From NCBI GenBank assembly GCA_032718475.1, contig JAUCBJ010005351.1, positions 1-39,079 on the forward strand: DNA of 39,079 nt, in the 5' to 3' direction. The notes beneath the pieces are model-generated. The model was given only the letters and a program-made list of their open reading frames with translations, was not told where the DNA came from and searched no databases. Shown here piece by piece: positions 12,130 to 23,142 of this stretch. This DNA is from Nemertoderma westbladi. Its lineage: Eukaryota > Animalia > Xenacoelomorpha. Each line of letters opens with the position of its first letter. The first letter of the stretch is position 1. A program made the translations under genes and the position numbers.

Positions 12130-12540
12130 TATTAGGATCGGCATGCTGCATTGCAGCTGCATTTTTAAGAATGCTGTGCCGGCTTATCGACAAAATTGCA
12201 CCGCCACAACTCCCTATCACCCATGACATTTGCTAGATCATCCGCATCTTCAAGGCCAGTGTCCTTTAAGATGCGTCTCAAGAAAGTCATGGGCTGTCCA
12301 CCATGCTTATTCACTCCATGAGGCTGCCAAAGTACAAGATTATGCACTGGCTGGTCCTCACTGCGAAAGCAATGTCCTGCAAAGCAGAGGCGATTTTGTT
12401 CTAGTGTCAAGCTTGGGGGAACCAATGAGACACCTCCAATGTTATATAGTGTCTGTTTGGAGATGTGTGCATTGTACTTGACACAATGAACCCGGCGTAG
12501 CATTCTTGTGAATGTGCCGTCCAGCTACATTCACATTCGT
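12130..12540 (-). mobile_element. RTE-like LINE 3' fragment
   Basis: The ORF reads MLRR...RLCFAGHCFR...LVLWQPHG...DTGL...MGDRELWR, the typical C-terminal region after the RT domain of RTE-clade proteins; further copies at about 15.9 kb and 28.1 kb. Confidence 0.85.
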
Positions 12541-12570
12541 GTGCTGTTTATACAGTATGCAGTAAAATAC

Positions 12571-14130
12571 ACGTTCGTGGGGCCTTCGCGCAGCACGAGG
12601 CCCAGTTATGAGATACAAATTAAAATTGAGCGACTGTATCACAAAATCAGGTTTTGAGAAATTTACCCACACCACCAATCAATCAAAGAAAGGGGGACAG
12701 TACGTGTTCACCCCTTTTAATCCCCCCCCCCCCCCCCCCACCCTTCCCAACCACCAATACATAACCGCGACATCTACCACCCACGGAAGGGTAGCACGAA
12801 CTTATTTCCAATCGCACGTTCAATATGCAAAGCCAGGTGGTTTATAGGAATATAATAAACGCAGTACTCGTATTCATTATAAGCCTCGTTGCGTTCGTCC
12901 TGTTTTGTATTTAAATATATTTCTTAAACGCAGGCTAGGACGTTCTTTATAATAATAATAACTAGGGATGCGATCAATATGTGAAGCCAGGTGGTTTATA
13001 TAATAATTTAGTCAACGCAGTACTCGTCTTCATTATATGCCTCGTTGCGCTCGTCGCTTGTCCTGTTTTGTTATAAAATATTTTTCCTAAACGCAGACTG
13101 ACGATCTTTATACAGTTATAACTATGCGAAGTTTCGAAACTGTGCGAGTAACTGTTGATACATCTATGTGGATATGTGTGATATGTGGAGATGTGTGATA
13201 CAACGCCAACGCATCTTATGCCGATGTAGTAATATGGGTATTGAAATAATATTAAATTAATGTACACTCTTAAAGCTGCAGCGAAAAAATGTAGCTAATT
13301 TCCTAGGTTACATATAAAATAATAATATTATTTTTAAGAACATTAATTTTACTACTTTGCAAAAATTCAATTAAAAAATAACCAGACATATACATTGTGG
13401 AATAAACTATTTCAGAAGCCTACACAACAGCCATGCCATGGATAGTATTTATGTTATGATATCTGTCATTCACCTGAGATAGCAATACAACATTTATAGT
13501 GAATTTAAAGAATGCTGTCTGGGCTGGAATAGCAATACTGGTTGTCTATTACTATTCCTCTCTGGTTAGTCTTAGCAACAACTCCCAGCCAGCAGCAGAG
13601 ACTTGACCAATAATCATTCCCAGCAACTGGGAATGACACACACATCCCATCTATGTACCAGCATGTTGGCCAATAAATGAGCAGTATTTAATGAGAATAA
13701 ATTTTTTTTGCCGTTTTAATTACTTTAGATCAATTAAAGACACAATTATTAAAGCAAATCACTTGAACTAATTAAAAACTATAATAGAATGGCGTATGGG
13801 GATTACATCTGTATAATTTTTAATTATAATTATTTAAATCTTATACTGTAAAACAATTAATTTCCTTTAAAAGGCAGGTTGAAAATGGTGTTTTTACCGT
13901 AATAACTTAATTAACTAATTAACTGCTATTATCTTAGCTTCTCGAAGGCCACACTGAAATTCTACTTGGAAAATTTCTAAACTTTTGCCAAACAACATGT
14001 GTACCAAGTTTGGATAGATTTCATCAAAGATTGGCCGAGTTATTAACGTTTAAAATTGAACACGACAGAACGACAGGTTGATTAATGGTACCACTACGCT
14101 AAGGCTCACTCACTTCGTGGCTCGCCCCAC
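12571..14130. mobile_element. 1560-bp segment present in duplicate copy 1 and absent from copy 2; probable non-autonomous element, possibly Helentron-like
   Basis: Copy 2 reads GTAAAATACAGTATATCC uninterrupted. Copy 1 has this block between ACA repeats, with a GC-rich hairpin (GGGCCTTCG...CGAGGCCC) near the left end and GTGGGGC/GCCCCAC inverted motifs at the two ends. Confidence 0.55.
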
Positions 14131-15895
14131 AGTATATCCATAGTAAAGTTGGTTTATCTTTATTTATTTATCAGTGAAAAGAGTCTATTATTGAAGAAAG
14201 TAAAATAACGTTATTTCTGCAACAATTAATTAAATAAGATAATTTAAAAAATACAGTAGTTGCACAGACTCGGTCGTCCTTACCTTATGTTAGAGGCAAT
14301 GAATGCGGAAGTGAAAAAAAAAACAAGGAGAGCTCCTTGTAACAAGTACGGAAAATATAAAAGAAAGTCACACATCTCATTTCCAGTATAGACCCCACAG
14401 AACTATACTGCTTACAGGCAAATAGATAACTGGTACTCATTTAACGACCATTTAATTAACAAAGTAAATATGCGCGCGCCCTGGTTTGGTTAGTCCCTTT
14501 TAAGCATTTGTACCAAAACGAAAAATATCCTGACCCTCCTGCAAGGGAAGAACCCCACGACCTCTGGAGCGATATTAATTCAAGGAAATGGTTTAAATGC
14601 TACGCAAGGCTTGAAAAAATTGAATACGCGTGTTTGTATTAGAACACGATCCTTAAAAATACAAAGTATGCTGTCATGTTGTTCGAGTCAGGTGATGTAG
14701 GCTATATCAGGAAGAGCTCCTATATCTGAAGCTGCATCAATCCATTAGATTGGAGTTTTTGATAGCAAGACAAGAGAGGGAGGTGGTGGGGGGGGGGGGG
14801 GGGGTTGGTACTGGTTCAGTATGCGTACACCAAATTTTTTATACTAATTAGTTTTTGATATTTCCTTGTTTTGAAATGTTCTAGAACATGTTAGCTATTT
14901 GTTTATAAAAAAAATAATGTTCTAGAACAAATATTTTTATTCTGGAACATCTTTTTCGAAAAAAGGTATTACGATGACCTTAGTTCTATATCACTTATAA
15001 AAGAAATAGAAAAAACTAGCTATTATAAAAAAATTGAAAATGTTTTCTATAACAAAAAAAATGTATTCTAGAACAAAAATATGTATCAAAATTGATAGCT
15101 AACATGTATTCTATAACATTTATAAAAAATTAGCAAAACTAGCTATAGTATAAAAAATCAATGTCATGGAAATTACTTTGAAACTTACTTCAACATTCCT
15201 CTTTTTGTTGACAAAAAATTAAAATTGGTTGAATAGTAAGAATGTTCATCCTTGCGAGAAAGGTTGGCCTCCTCTGAGAGGTTAACAGCCAAAAGGGAAC
15301 CAATTGAAACAATTTGTAGAATAGTGATGCATAACATTCTGGAACATTTTGTTTATCTCATAGGTAGTTTGGCAACAATGCAATACCTACAGTACATGAT
15401 AATACGAGTATATGCATATTCCTATTTAAGCGAAATGTTCTAGAACATTGTGTATTCATTAAATAGAATAAATGGCCTGCAGCGGAAGCAAATACATGCA
15501 AGTGTCGAATGCTCATATCTCAGCTATTTCCCAACCAAATTCAAATGTTTTTACATATTTGGAATCCTTTCACGGCCAGCTTTCCATTGCTACCAGCATA
15601 TACAGTATTACAGTACTACTGTATAAGGTTGAAGAATAACTACGGTGTAACTGGTACTGTACAATATCGACGGAGACACTAACCCTTTTAAAACGCTTGA
15701 AGCTAAAGATTAAAAGCAAAAATAACAATTATGGCTCACCCGGTAAGGAGGAGGGAGGTGAAACTAACTGTTTCAAATTTTATGTGATCTCATAAAAATT
15801 TGTAGAAACATTTTTTTTCTTTGGGGGGGGGGGGGGGGGCAGTTACAGTACCTGAATAACGACACTATATTCCAGGGCATGGTGTAATGTTTTTC
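14129..15895 (+). repeat. segmental tandem duplication, copy 1 (about 1.77-kb block)
   Basis: Near-identical to 16219-17986 from ACAGTATATCCATAGTAAAG to GGGCATGGTGTAATGTTTTTC; the duplicated ORFs 15252-15443 and 17334-17525 confirm it. Confidence 0.95.
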
Positions 15896-16190
15896 TACTA
15901 CTACTACTAGTATCGGCATGCTGCATTGCAGCTGCATTTTTAAGAATGCTGTGCCGGCTTGTCGACAAAATTGCGCCGCCACAACTCCCTATCACCCATG
16001 ACATTTGCTAGATCATCCGCATCTTCAAGGCCAGTGTCCTTTAAGATGCGTCTCAAGAAAGTCATGGGCTGTCCACCATGCTTATTCACTCCATGAGGCT
16101 GCCAAAGTACAAGATTATGCACTGGCTGGTCCTCACGGCGAAAGCAATGTCCTGCAAAGCGGAGGCGATTTTGTTCTAGTGTAAAGCTTG
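15895..16190 (-). mobile_element. RTE-like LINE 3' fragment with (TAG)n tail
   Basis: Same peptide as 12165-12503 (RLRFAGHCFR...DRELWR); ends in CTACTACTACTACTAG on +, i.e. a (TAG)n tail on -. Confidence 0.85.
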
Positions 16191-16218
16191 TCAACTGTTT
16201 ATACAGTATGCAGTAAAA

Positions 16219-17986
16219 TACAGTATATCCATAGTAAAGTTGGTTTATCTTTATTAATTTATCAGTGAAAAAGAGTCTAAGTATAGAAGAAAATAAAATA
16301 ACGTTATTTCTGCAACAATTTATTAAATAGATAATGAAAAAAATATACAGTAGTTGCACAGATTCGGTCGTCCTTACCTTATGTTAGAGGCAATGAGTGC
16401 GGAAACGAAAAAAAACAAGGAGAGCTCCTTGTAACAAGTACGGAAAATATAAAAGAAAGTCACACATCTCATTTCCAGTATAGACCCCACAGAACTATAC
16501 TGCTTACAGGCAAATAGATAACTGGTACTCATTTAACGACCATTTAATTAACAAAGCAAATATGCGCGCGCCCTGGTTTTCTTAGTCCCTTTAAAGCATT
16601 TGTGCCAAAACGAAAACTATCCTGGCCCGCCTGCAGGGGTAGAACCCCACGACCTCTGGAGCGATATTAATTCAAGGAAATGGTTTAAATGCTACGCAAG
16701 GCTTGAAAAAATTGAATACGCGTGTTTGTATTAGAACACGATCCTTAAAAATACAAAGTATGCTGTCATGTTGTTCGAGTCAGGTGATGTAGGCTATATC
16801 AGGAAGAGCTCCTATATCTGAAGCTGCATCAATCCATTAGATTGGAGTTTTTGATAGCAAGACATGAGAGGGAGGTGGTGGGGGGGGGGGGGGGTGGTAC
16901 TGGTTCAGTATGTGTACACCCTCACCAAATTTTTTTATACTAATTAGTTTTTGATATTTCCTTGTTTTTAAATGTTCTAGAACATGTTAGCTATTTGTTT
17001 ATAAAAAATAATGTTCTAGAACAAATATTTTTATTCTGGAACATCTTTTTCGAAAAAAAGGTATTACGATGGCCTTAGTTCTATATCATTTATAAAAGAA
17101 GTTGAAAAAACTAGCTATTATAAAAAAAATTGATAATGTGTTCTATAACAAAAAAAATGTGTTCTAGAACAAAGATATGTATCAAAATTGATAGCTAACA
17201 TGTATTCTATAACATTTATAAAACTATAGTATAAAAAATCAATGTCATGGAAATTACTTTGAAACTTACTTCAACATTCCTCTTTTTGTTGACAAAAAAA
17301 TTAAAATTGGTTGAATAGTCAGAATGTTCATCCTTGCGAGAAAGGTTGGCCTCCTCTGAGAGGTTAACAGCCAAAAGGGAACCAATTAAAACAATTTATA
17401 GAATAGTGATGCATAACATTCTGGAACATTTTGTTTATCTCATAGGTAGTTTGGCAACAATGCAATACCTACAGTGCATGATAATACGAGTATATGCATA
17501 TTCCTATTTAAGCAAAATGTTGTAGAACATTGTGTATTCATTAAATAGAATAAATGGCCTGCAGCGGAAGCAAATACATGCAAGTGTCGAATGCTCATAT
17601 CTCAGCTATTTCCCAACCAAATTCAAATGTTTTTACATATTTGGAATCCTTTCACGGCCAGCTTTCCATTGCTACCAGCATATACAGTATTACAGTACTA
17701 CTGTATAAGGTTGAAGAATAACTACGGTGTAACTGGTACTGTACAATATCGACGGAGACACTAACCCTTTTAAAACGCTTGAAGCTAAAGATTAAAAGCA
17801 AAAATAACAATTATGGCTCACCCGGTAAGGAGGAGGGAGGTGAAACTAACTCTGTTTCAAATTTTATGTGATCTCATAAATTTGTATCATAAAATTGTAG
17901 AAACTTTTTTTTTGGGGGGGGGGGGGGGGGCAGTTACAGTACCTGAATAACGACACTATATTCCAGGGCATGGTGTAATGTTTTTC
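16219..17986 (+). repeat. segmental tandem duplication, copy 2
   Basis: Near-identical to 14129-15895; its distal about 600 bp is related to the foldback element at 35037-35940. Confidence 0.95.
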
Positions 17987-18776
17987 AACATTATATAAAT
18001 TCATTTAAATCACATAATATATTGTTGCTTAGTTACGAAAATCAGTTTACAAGGGTACAGAATCACTGAAAGTTATCCCACAACACAACTCGCAACCAAC
18101 CAGGAAAACGTTTGAAAAAAAATCTCTTACTAAGATCTACTAAGAACCAAGAAGATTATGAGTTTACCGCGGTAATCGAGGATCTTAATTTAAAAGAACC
18201 AAGTTTTACTTTAGTTAGTCCGTTGCGTTCGACCTTCCAGAATGCGTCCAGAGAAACCTGAGATACGGGGTGGGAGGTAACGAATACGTTGAATGAGTGA
18301 TGAATCGGTCGCCAGCCTCCCGTGTTTGGTGTTTAGCGACGCCCGAGTGAACATGATGGAACCGCACTGCTGCACAACAGGCGAGCAATGTAAACCAGAA
18401 CGAATGGCGGGATATTGAGGGATTCTCGGCGAATAATAATTCATTCATCGTGGAGTATGACCCTTACTTAAATTAAAAATTCCCATATTACGAATAAAAT
18501 GAGATACTCGATGTCATATTTAACAGTTTAAAATTCCACTTTTTCTGACGTTCATATTCTAAAACGCCCCGCACTTTAATCGTATAAAGTGTTGGATTAT
18601 ATAGCTCTTCACGTAAATAGTTAATTTTTAGACTCCGGTGTAAATTGTTAGTTGTATATTTCTATGAAAACATATAAATACATCTAAAATTTCCGCAAGG
18701 ATAACTATAAATTGAAGGTCACCGACCCGGATTAAACACTGCACAATATACCAGTTGTAGGCCTACTATTTTTACC

Positions 18777-19178
18777 CTAGTAATCATTTGTATTCTTGTA
18801 ACTTTTCAGCGCATTTAGCCACTCCTGTTGCGTTGCGAAATTTTCGAACCAAATACACGTGTGTTTCCGACGCCCTAGATATAGAACCGGTAGAAAGGAC
18901 TTCCGACGGATTCTGATCCCGTACCGCTCTCCCCTCCATCTCAATCCTCCTGCTGATTTAAAACAATATTTGTCCAGGTTGAATATTTTATGTTTGTTTT
19001 TGTTTTCCGGGTCAATTATGTATGGCATCCTTAGCAACCGAAGTTGTGGACTCGTTTGTATGACGACTGGTGAAGCCCGCAACGGATTCGGACTCACATG
19101 CAGATCCAATTCCGCCCAATACATTTTTTCGTCTCTCTTATTGTGGTGTCTATAAATTACACCTTCCTTAGTAAAAGT
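18777..19178 (-). CDS. putative terminal exon encoding a PH-domain-like protein
   Basis: Acceptor ttttataattgcag just before ACT TTT ACT AAG. The peptide starts TKEGVIYR...YWAEL and ends WFENFATQQEWLNALK, matching the PH pattern KEGxL...W...F......EWxxAL. Confidence 0.55.
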   Translation of the reverse strand, partial: TFTKEGVIYRHHNKRDEKMYWAELDLHVSPNPLRASPVVIQTSPQLRLLRMPYIIDPENKNKHKIFNLDKYCFKSAGGLRWRGERYGIRIRRKSFLPVLYLGRRKHTCIWFENFATQQEWLNALKSYKNTNDY

Positions 19179-19496
19179 CTGCAATTATAAAACTCTTATT
19201 AATTGTTAAGGTTAATTGTAATTCAAAATTATTTCTTATACTTATATCAAATTTTCCGTTTTAGAAAAATTGTCGGGGGTTTCACTCAATAAACTTTTTA
19301 CACCTTCATTGTTATTGACCTCCGACCAAAAGTTAACTAAGAAGTACAAGAGAGCAATGACAATAAGATGCAACTAGAACCTATCGAATTTATGTTTGAT
19401 GAGTTTAACAACGTCGACAACCAGAGACTACTCACTAACTGTGTGACAAAAGTGAAAGGAGTATAGCAGGTTATTATAGTGATACTGTATGTTATT

Positions 19497-20180
19497 CTAA
19501 CAAAAACAACAAACGAGAATCAATGACAAACATATTGCGGTTTGATTGGCACCCTTAATCAAATGTACAGTTAGTTTGCGTCGATCCTCCAACATTATGG
19601 AGATAGTTGAATTATGAGTACAGTATAACTTACTCACCCTGGGTCTTTCTTCCTCCGGTCTGTACCTATTTTTATTATCCTTGATAAACTGAAACAATAT
19701 ATCGACATCTTCTGAGTCTACTGCATGTATGAAGATTCTTTGTCTCGGGTATTGAATATCGCCCAAAATGATAGTGATCCCCGCTCCTCCATCTGAACTA
19801 CTGGCGTCATCATCAACAGAAACAGATGATGCGCAGGAAAACTGAAATTTAAACTGATTTGTCCGGTATATAATCATTTCGGTTTTATACCATTGAGCCA
19901 GCCAATGAGAAAATGTATTTCTGTCTAATCTATACATTTTATAGGCGTTAAAAGGTCCGCTTTTTTCACTTGTGTATAGATTTTTAGGGTCAATATATTT
20001 CAACCTGTCAGTGCCGTAATTCCGAAGTGCAATGTTGTTCATATTTTTCAAATCGTTAAATATATCGTAGTCGATTATGAAAAAGTAGGTGCTTTTTAGC
20101 TTCCTGATGAGATTATTTGCCTTACCGCCCACTGTCCACCCTTTGTTCCACATACCTGTTAAATTTGAGTGCCAATTCAT
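19497..20180 (-). CDS. orphan ORF, 227 aa, unknown function (possibly the last exon of a decaying gene)
   Basis: 684-bp open frame in AT-rich non-repetitive DNA with globular-protein-like composition; no family recognised. Confidence 0.5.
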   Translation of the reverse strand: MNWHSNLTGMWNKGWTVGGKANNLIRKLKSTYFFIIDYDIFNDLKNMNNIALRNYGTDRLKYIDPKNLYTSEKSGPFNAYKMYRLDRNTFSHWLAQWYKTEMIIYRTNQFKFQFSCASSVSVDDDASSSDGGAGITIILGDIQYPRQRIFIHAVDSEDVDILFQFIKDNKNRYRPEEERPRVSKLYCTHNSTISIMLEDRRKLTVHLIKGANQTAICLSLILVCCFC

Positions 20181-20886
20181 CCAAAGATGAAGTTAGACCT
20201 ATCACATCTGACAACATTTATAGGCATTACTTCGTCGCGTCCATACCCATGTTGAAAATGGATAATATTAAACTAGAACCAAAAGTTTAATAAATGAAAA
20301 ATGTACTCTATTTAATCCTAATTTATTTTCAAGTTTAGGACTTACGTTGGGTAAAAAAAAGCAATATGAGCGAATCATGTTGGAGTGGTAAATAAGTGTA
20401 TTGGATATCGAGACCAAAAAGAGAAAATAGTGAGTACCGGAATATCATTAAATGACGATTTCATGGAATTGTATTTTTTCTAATTCACGTTAGAAAGCCT
20501 CTTCTATACTTGGAGGAGAAAGCTCATGTATTACTTATATTTTTTTGTTTGGATTGTTGTGCAGAAGACAATCATTATTTTTTTATTTAGAATCGCTGCA
20601 TTTGTCTCTCCCTGTAACGAACGCCCTTGAATCTGTTATCACATGCAACGCAATAACCAAATGAACAAGGGCTATAATATTGATATCCAAAAGATAATTA
20701 AGTGGTAGTCTTACCTAAACCAGTAAACCAGCTGGTTCTTAATTACTCAAATACTTAGAAAATTACTTGCTGCTACAGTATGATAATTACAGTAGGCCTA
20801 TGTAGACGAACGGCCGAATGATAATCAAATTAAGAACGGAAATAACACAAACAACGTGAAATTATCATTGTGTATATTTAGGTATT

Positions 20887-21273
20887 TCAAATTTTCAAAT
20901 GTGGTGTCGACATGACGAAGTAGGCTAACGTCAATGAGAAAGGTGTACCTTCATGAGAAAGGCGACGTTCACCAGAAAGGTTTCCTTCACCAGAAATACG
21001 ACGCTCACCAGAAAGGCGACGTTCACCAGAAAGGCTACTTTCACCAGAAAGGCTACGTTCACCAGAAAGGCGGCCTTCACCAGAAAGACGGCGTTCATCA
21101 GATAGGATACTGGTACCTTCACCAGAAAGGCTTCTTTCACCAGAAAGGCTACGTTCACCAGAAAGGCTACATTCACCAGAATGGTGACTTTCACCAGAAT
21201 TCCGACGATCACCAGAAAACCTATCTTTACAGGAAACAGTGTATCGACGATGTGCGTTGAATGAATCTGCCAT
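20887..21273 (-). CDS. putative ORF or first exon with 18-bp coding repeats (LSGERR/LSGERS)n
   Basis: ATG at 21273 in strong context (AAACAAAAC ATG G), then MADSFNAHRRY... and about 13 hexapeptide repeats. Other frames are also open, so coding status is unproven. Confidence 0.4.
   Translation of the reverse strand: MADSFNAHRRYTVSCKDRFSGDRRNSGESHHSGECSLSGERSLSGERSLSGEGTSILSDERRLSGEGRLSGERSLSGESSLSGERRLSGERRISGEGNLSGERRLSHEGTPFSLTLAYFVMSTPHLKI
20945..21215. repeat. 18-bp minisatellite (TTCACCAGAAAGGCNACG)
   Basis: Directly visible degenerate tandem repeat, about 13-14 units. Confidence 0.92.
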
Positions 21274-21779
21274 GTTTTGTTTATATTCTGTACCGGTACT
21301 GAGTTTTTGCACTACTGTACAGTTACAGTAGGAGCCTACATACTGTACCGTGTACCGGTATAATATCAAGGCGTTCTCAACAATATGCCAAAGCTGCCGA
21401 AATTTACCAGCTAATTTAAGTGTCAAAATTAAAAATTACATTGCAAATACAGTACTGTGGAATTTCACGTAAGTTTTAATATGAAACATCTCGTGAAGGT
21501 TTTCGTTACACAAACAAAAAATGTTATAGGCCTAATTGATAAATAAAGTTTGTATCTAGTAAATCTTAAAAATGGTTTCTAGAAAGAAAATTCAATTTAA
21601 CTACAAATTTACAAAGGATAACTTGCTTTTTAATAGTTAATTTTAACGGTTATTTATTTGCATTATGGCATTCGTTCCTCTCTTGATTAATCTCAGACAA
21701 GAAAGAAAGTTAGAAAAAATCGAATTAAAATAAATCCACTGAATTACTATAATAACGCTACCGTTTTACAAAGCCAACA

Positions 21780-22665
21780 TTTGCCTACATTCGCGACCTC
21801 GTCAAACACGATCTAAAACGTCAAACTAACCGCAACAAAGCTTTGAGTGTTGAGTTACAGCTACTGTAGCAGTTACTCTGAGGTTTTACGCATCGGGTTC
21901 CTTCCAGAATGTGGTTGGTGACACATTTCCAATATCAAAGTCTTGTATTAGCAGGACAATTTTTCGAGTAACGAACGCTTTCCTGAAACGTTTAAATAAA
22001 TTCATATGTTTGCCAACCGGCGAAGCTAATTTGCGGAGGACTTCTTTGCGGTTGCTGGTGTCCCTGGCGTAGTTGGCGCGATCGATTGTTCTCATGTGAA
22101 GATAATAGCACCGCCTGGGGACCGGAGTGTCTACTACGTCAACCGCAAAGGTTACTATACAGTAGTGTAAATTTTCAAGCCATCTGCGATGCAAATTGCA
22201 TATTTCTGAACATTGTTGCCGATTGGCCTGACGTGTTTTAAAGAATAGTAAAGTTGGAATTGATTTCGCAACCGGCAAACGTAAAGGAATTCTGTTGGGA
22301 GACTGCGGGTATCCTTGTCAGCGTTGGCTACTCACCCCACTCCAGAGCCAGAGATAGAAGCGAGGGCGGAAAGGCGTTATAATACAGCCCATAAGAAAAC
22401 CAGGAATGTGGCAGAACGCAATTTGGTATCCTTAAACGTCGGTTTCACTGCCTCCATCATGGTGAGATGAGAATGCGACCCAAGAGAGTATGTCGCATTA
22501 TTGTAGCATGCGCGATACTACATAACATTGCTATGATGCGGGAGACCCACTCCCACCAGATACGGAGGGCTATGAAAATCACCAGGTCAACGAAAACTAC
22601 TGTATGACGGTGCGCAAGATGGCCAGCTCTTCCGTTCTAATTTCATATCGGTGTATTTTACATAA
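21780..22665 (+). pseudogene. decayed PIF/Harbinger (HARBI1-like) DDE transposase
   Basis: Frameshifted + strand pieces read [72 protein letters not shown] and [11 protein letters not shown], all hallmark Harbinger nuclease motifs. Confidence 0.92.
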
Positions 22666-22939
22666 CCAAACTATTCTAAATAATTATTAACCGGTCGGTA
22701 CATCATATTCATTAACGTCGATATGGTTAATTTGTAATTTTATAATTGGTCAAGTTTCTACAAATATTAAATAGTAGGGAGGGCCGTTATAGTTTTTGCT
22801 GTAAATAATTAATTATTATCCTTTAACTTGGCTCGGTGAGGTTAATGAACTACAAAGTGTTATAATAGCCAACCACTCTAATAGGTAGGCTACGAATTGT
22901 GCACAACCCAGGGCACAACCCAATGCAGAATAGGAAATA

Positions 22940-23142
22940 CGGAAATGTACTTTCACTTTGCAGAGTTTTCCCTTAAATGTACATTTAAATATCTTAAATG
23001 TACACTTAGTTAAATGTGCATTTAAAATCATTTGAACAACCCGATTTTGATTGGTTTAAATGTCCATTTAACGAAATGTACATTTAAGATATTTAAATGT
23101 ACATTTAAAGTTAAATGTACATTTAGTTTGAACAACCGGCCC
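22940..23142 (+). mobile_element. right terminus of the Harbinger element
   Basis: Repeated palindromic AAATGTACATTT subterminal motifs ending TTTGAACAACCGGCCC followed by TAG; GGGCC-type ends are typical of Harbinger. Left TIR not found. Confidence 0.7.

Noticed and set aside
20346-20660. Stop-codon reassignment (TAA read as sense) explaining the broken frame
   Set aside because: RAD50 (1332 codons) and ATXN3 contain no in-frame TAA, so the standard code applies; pseudogenisation is simpler.
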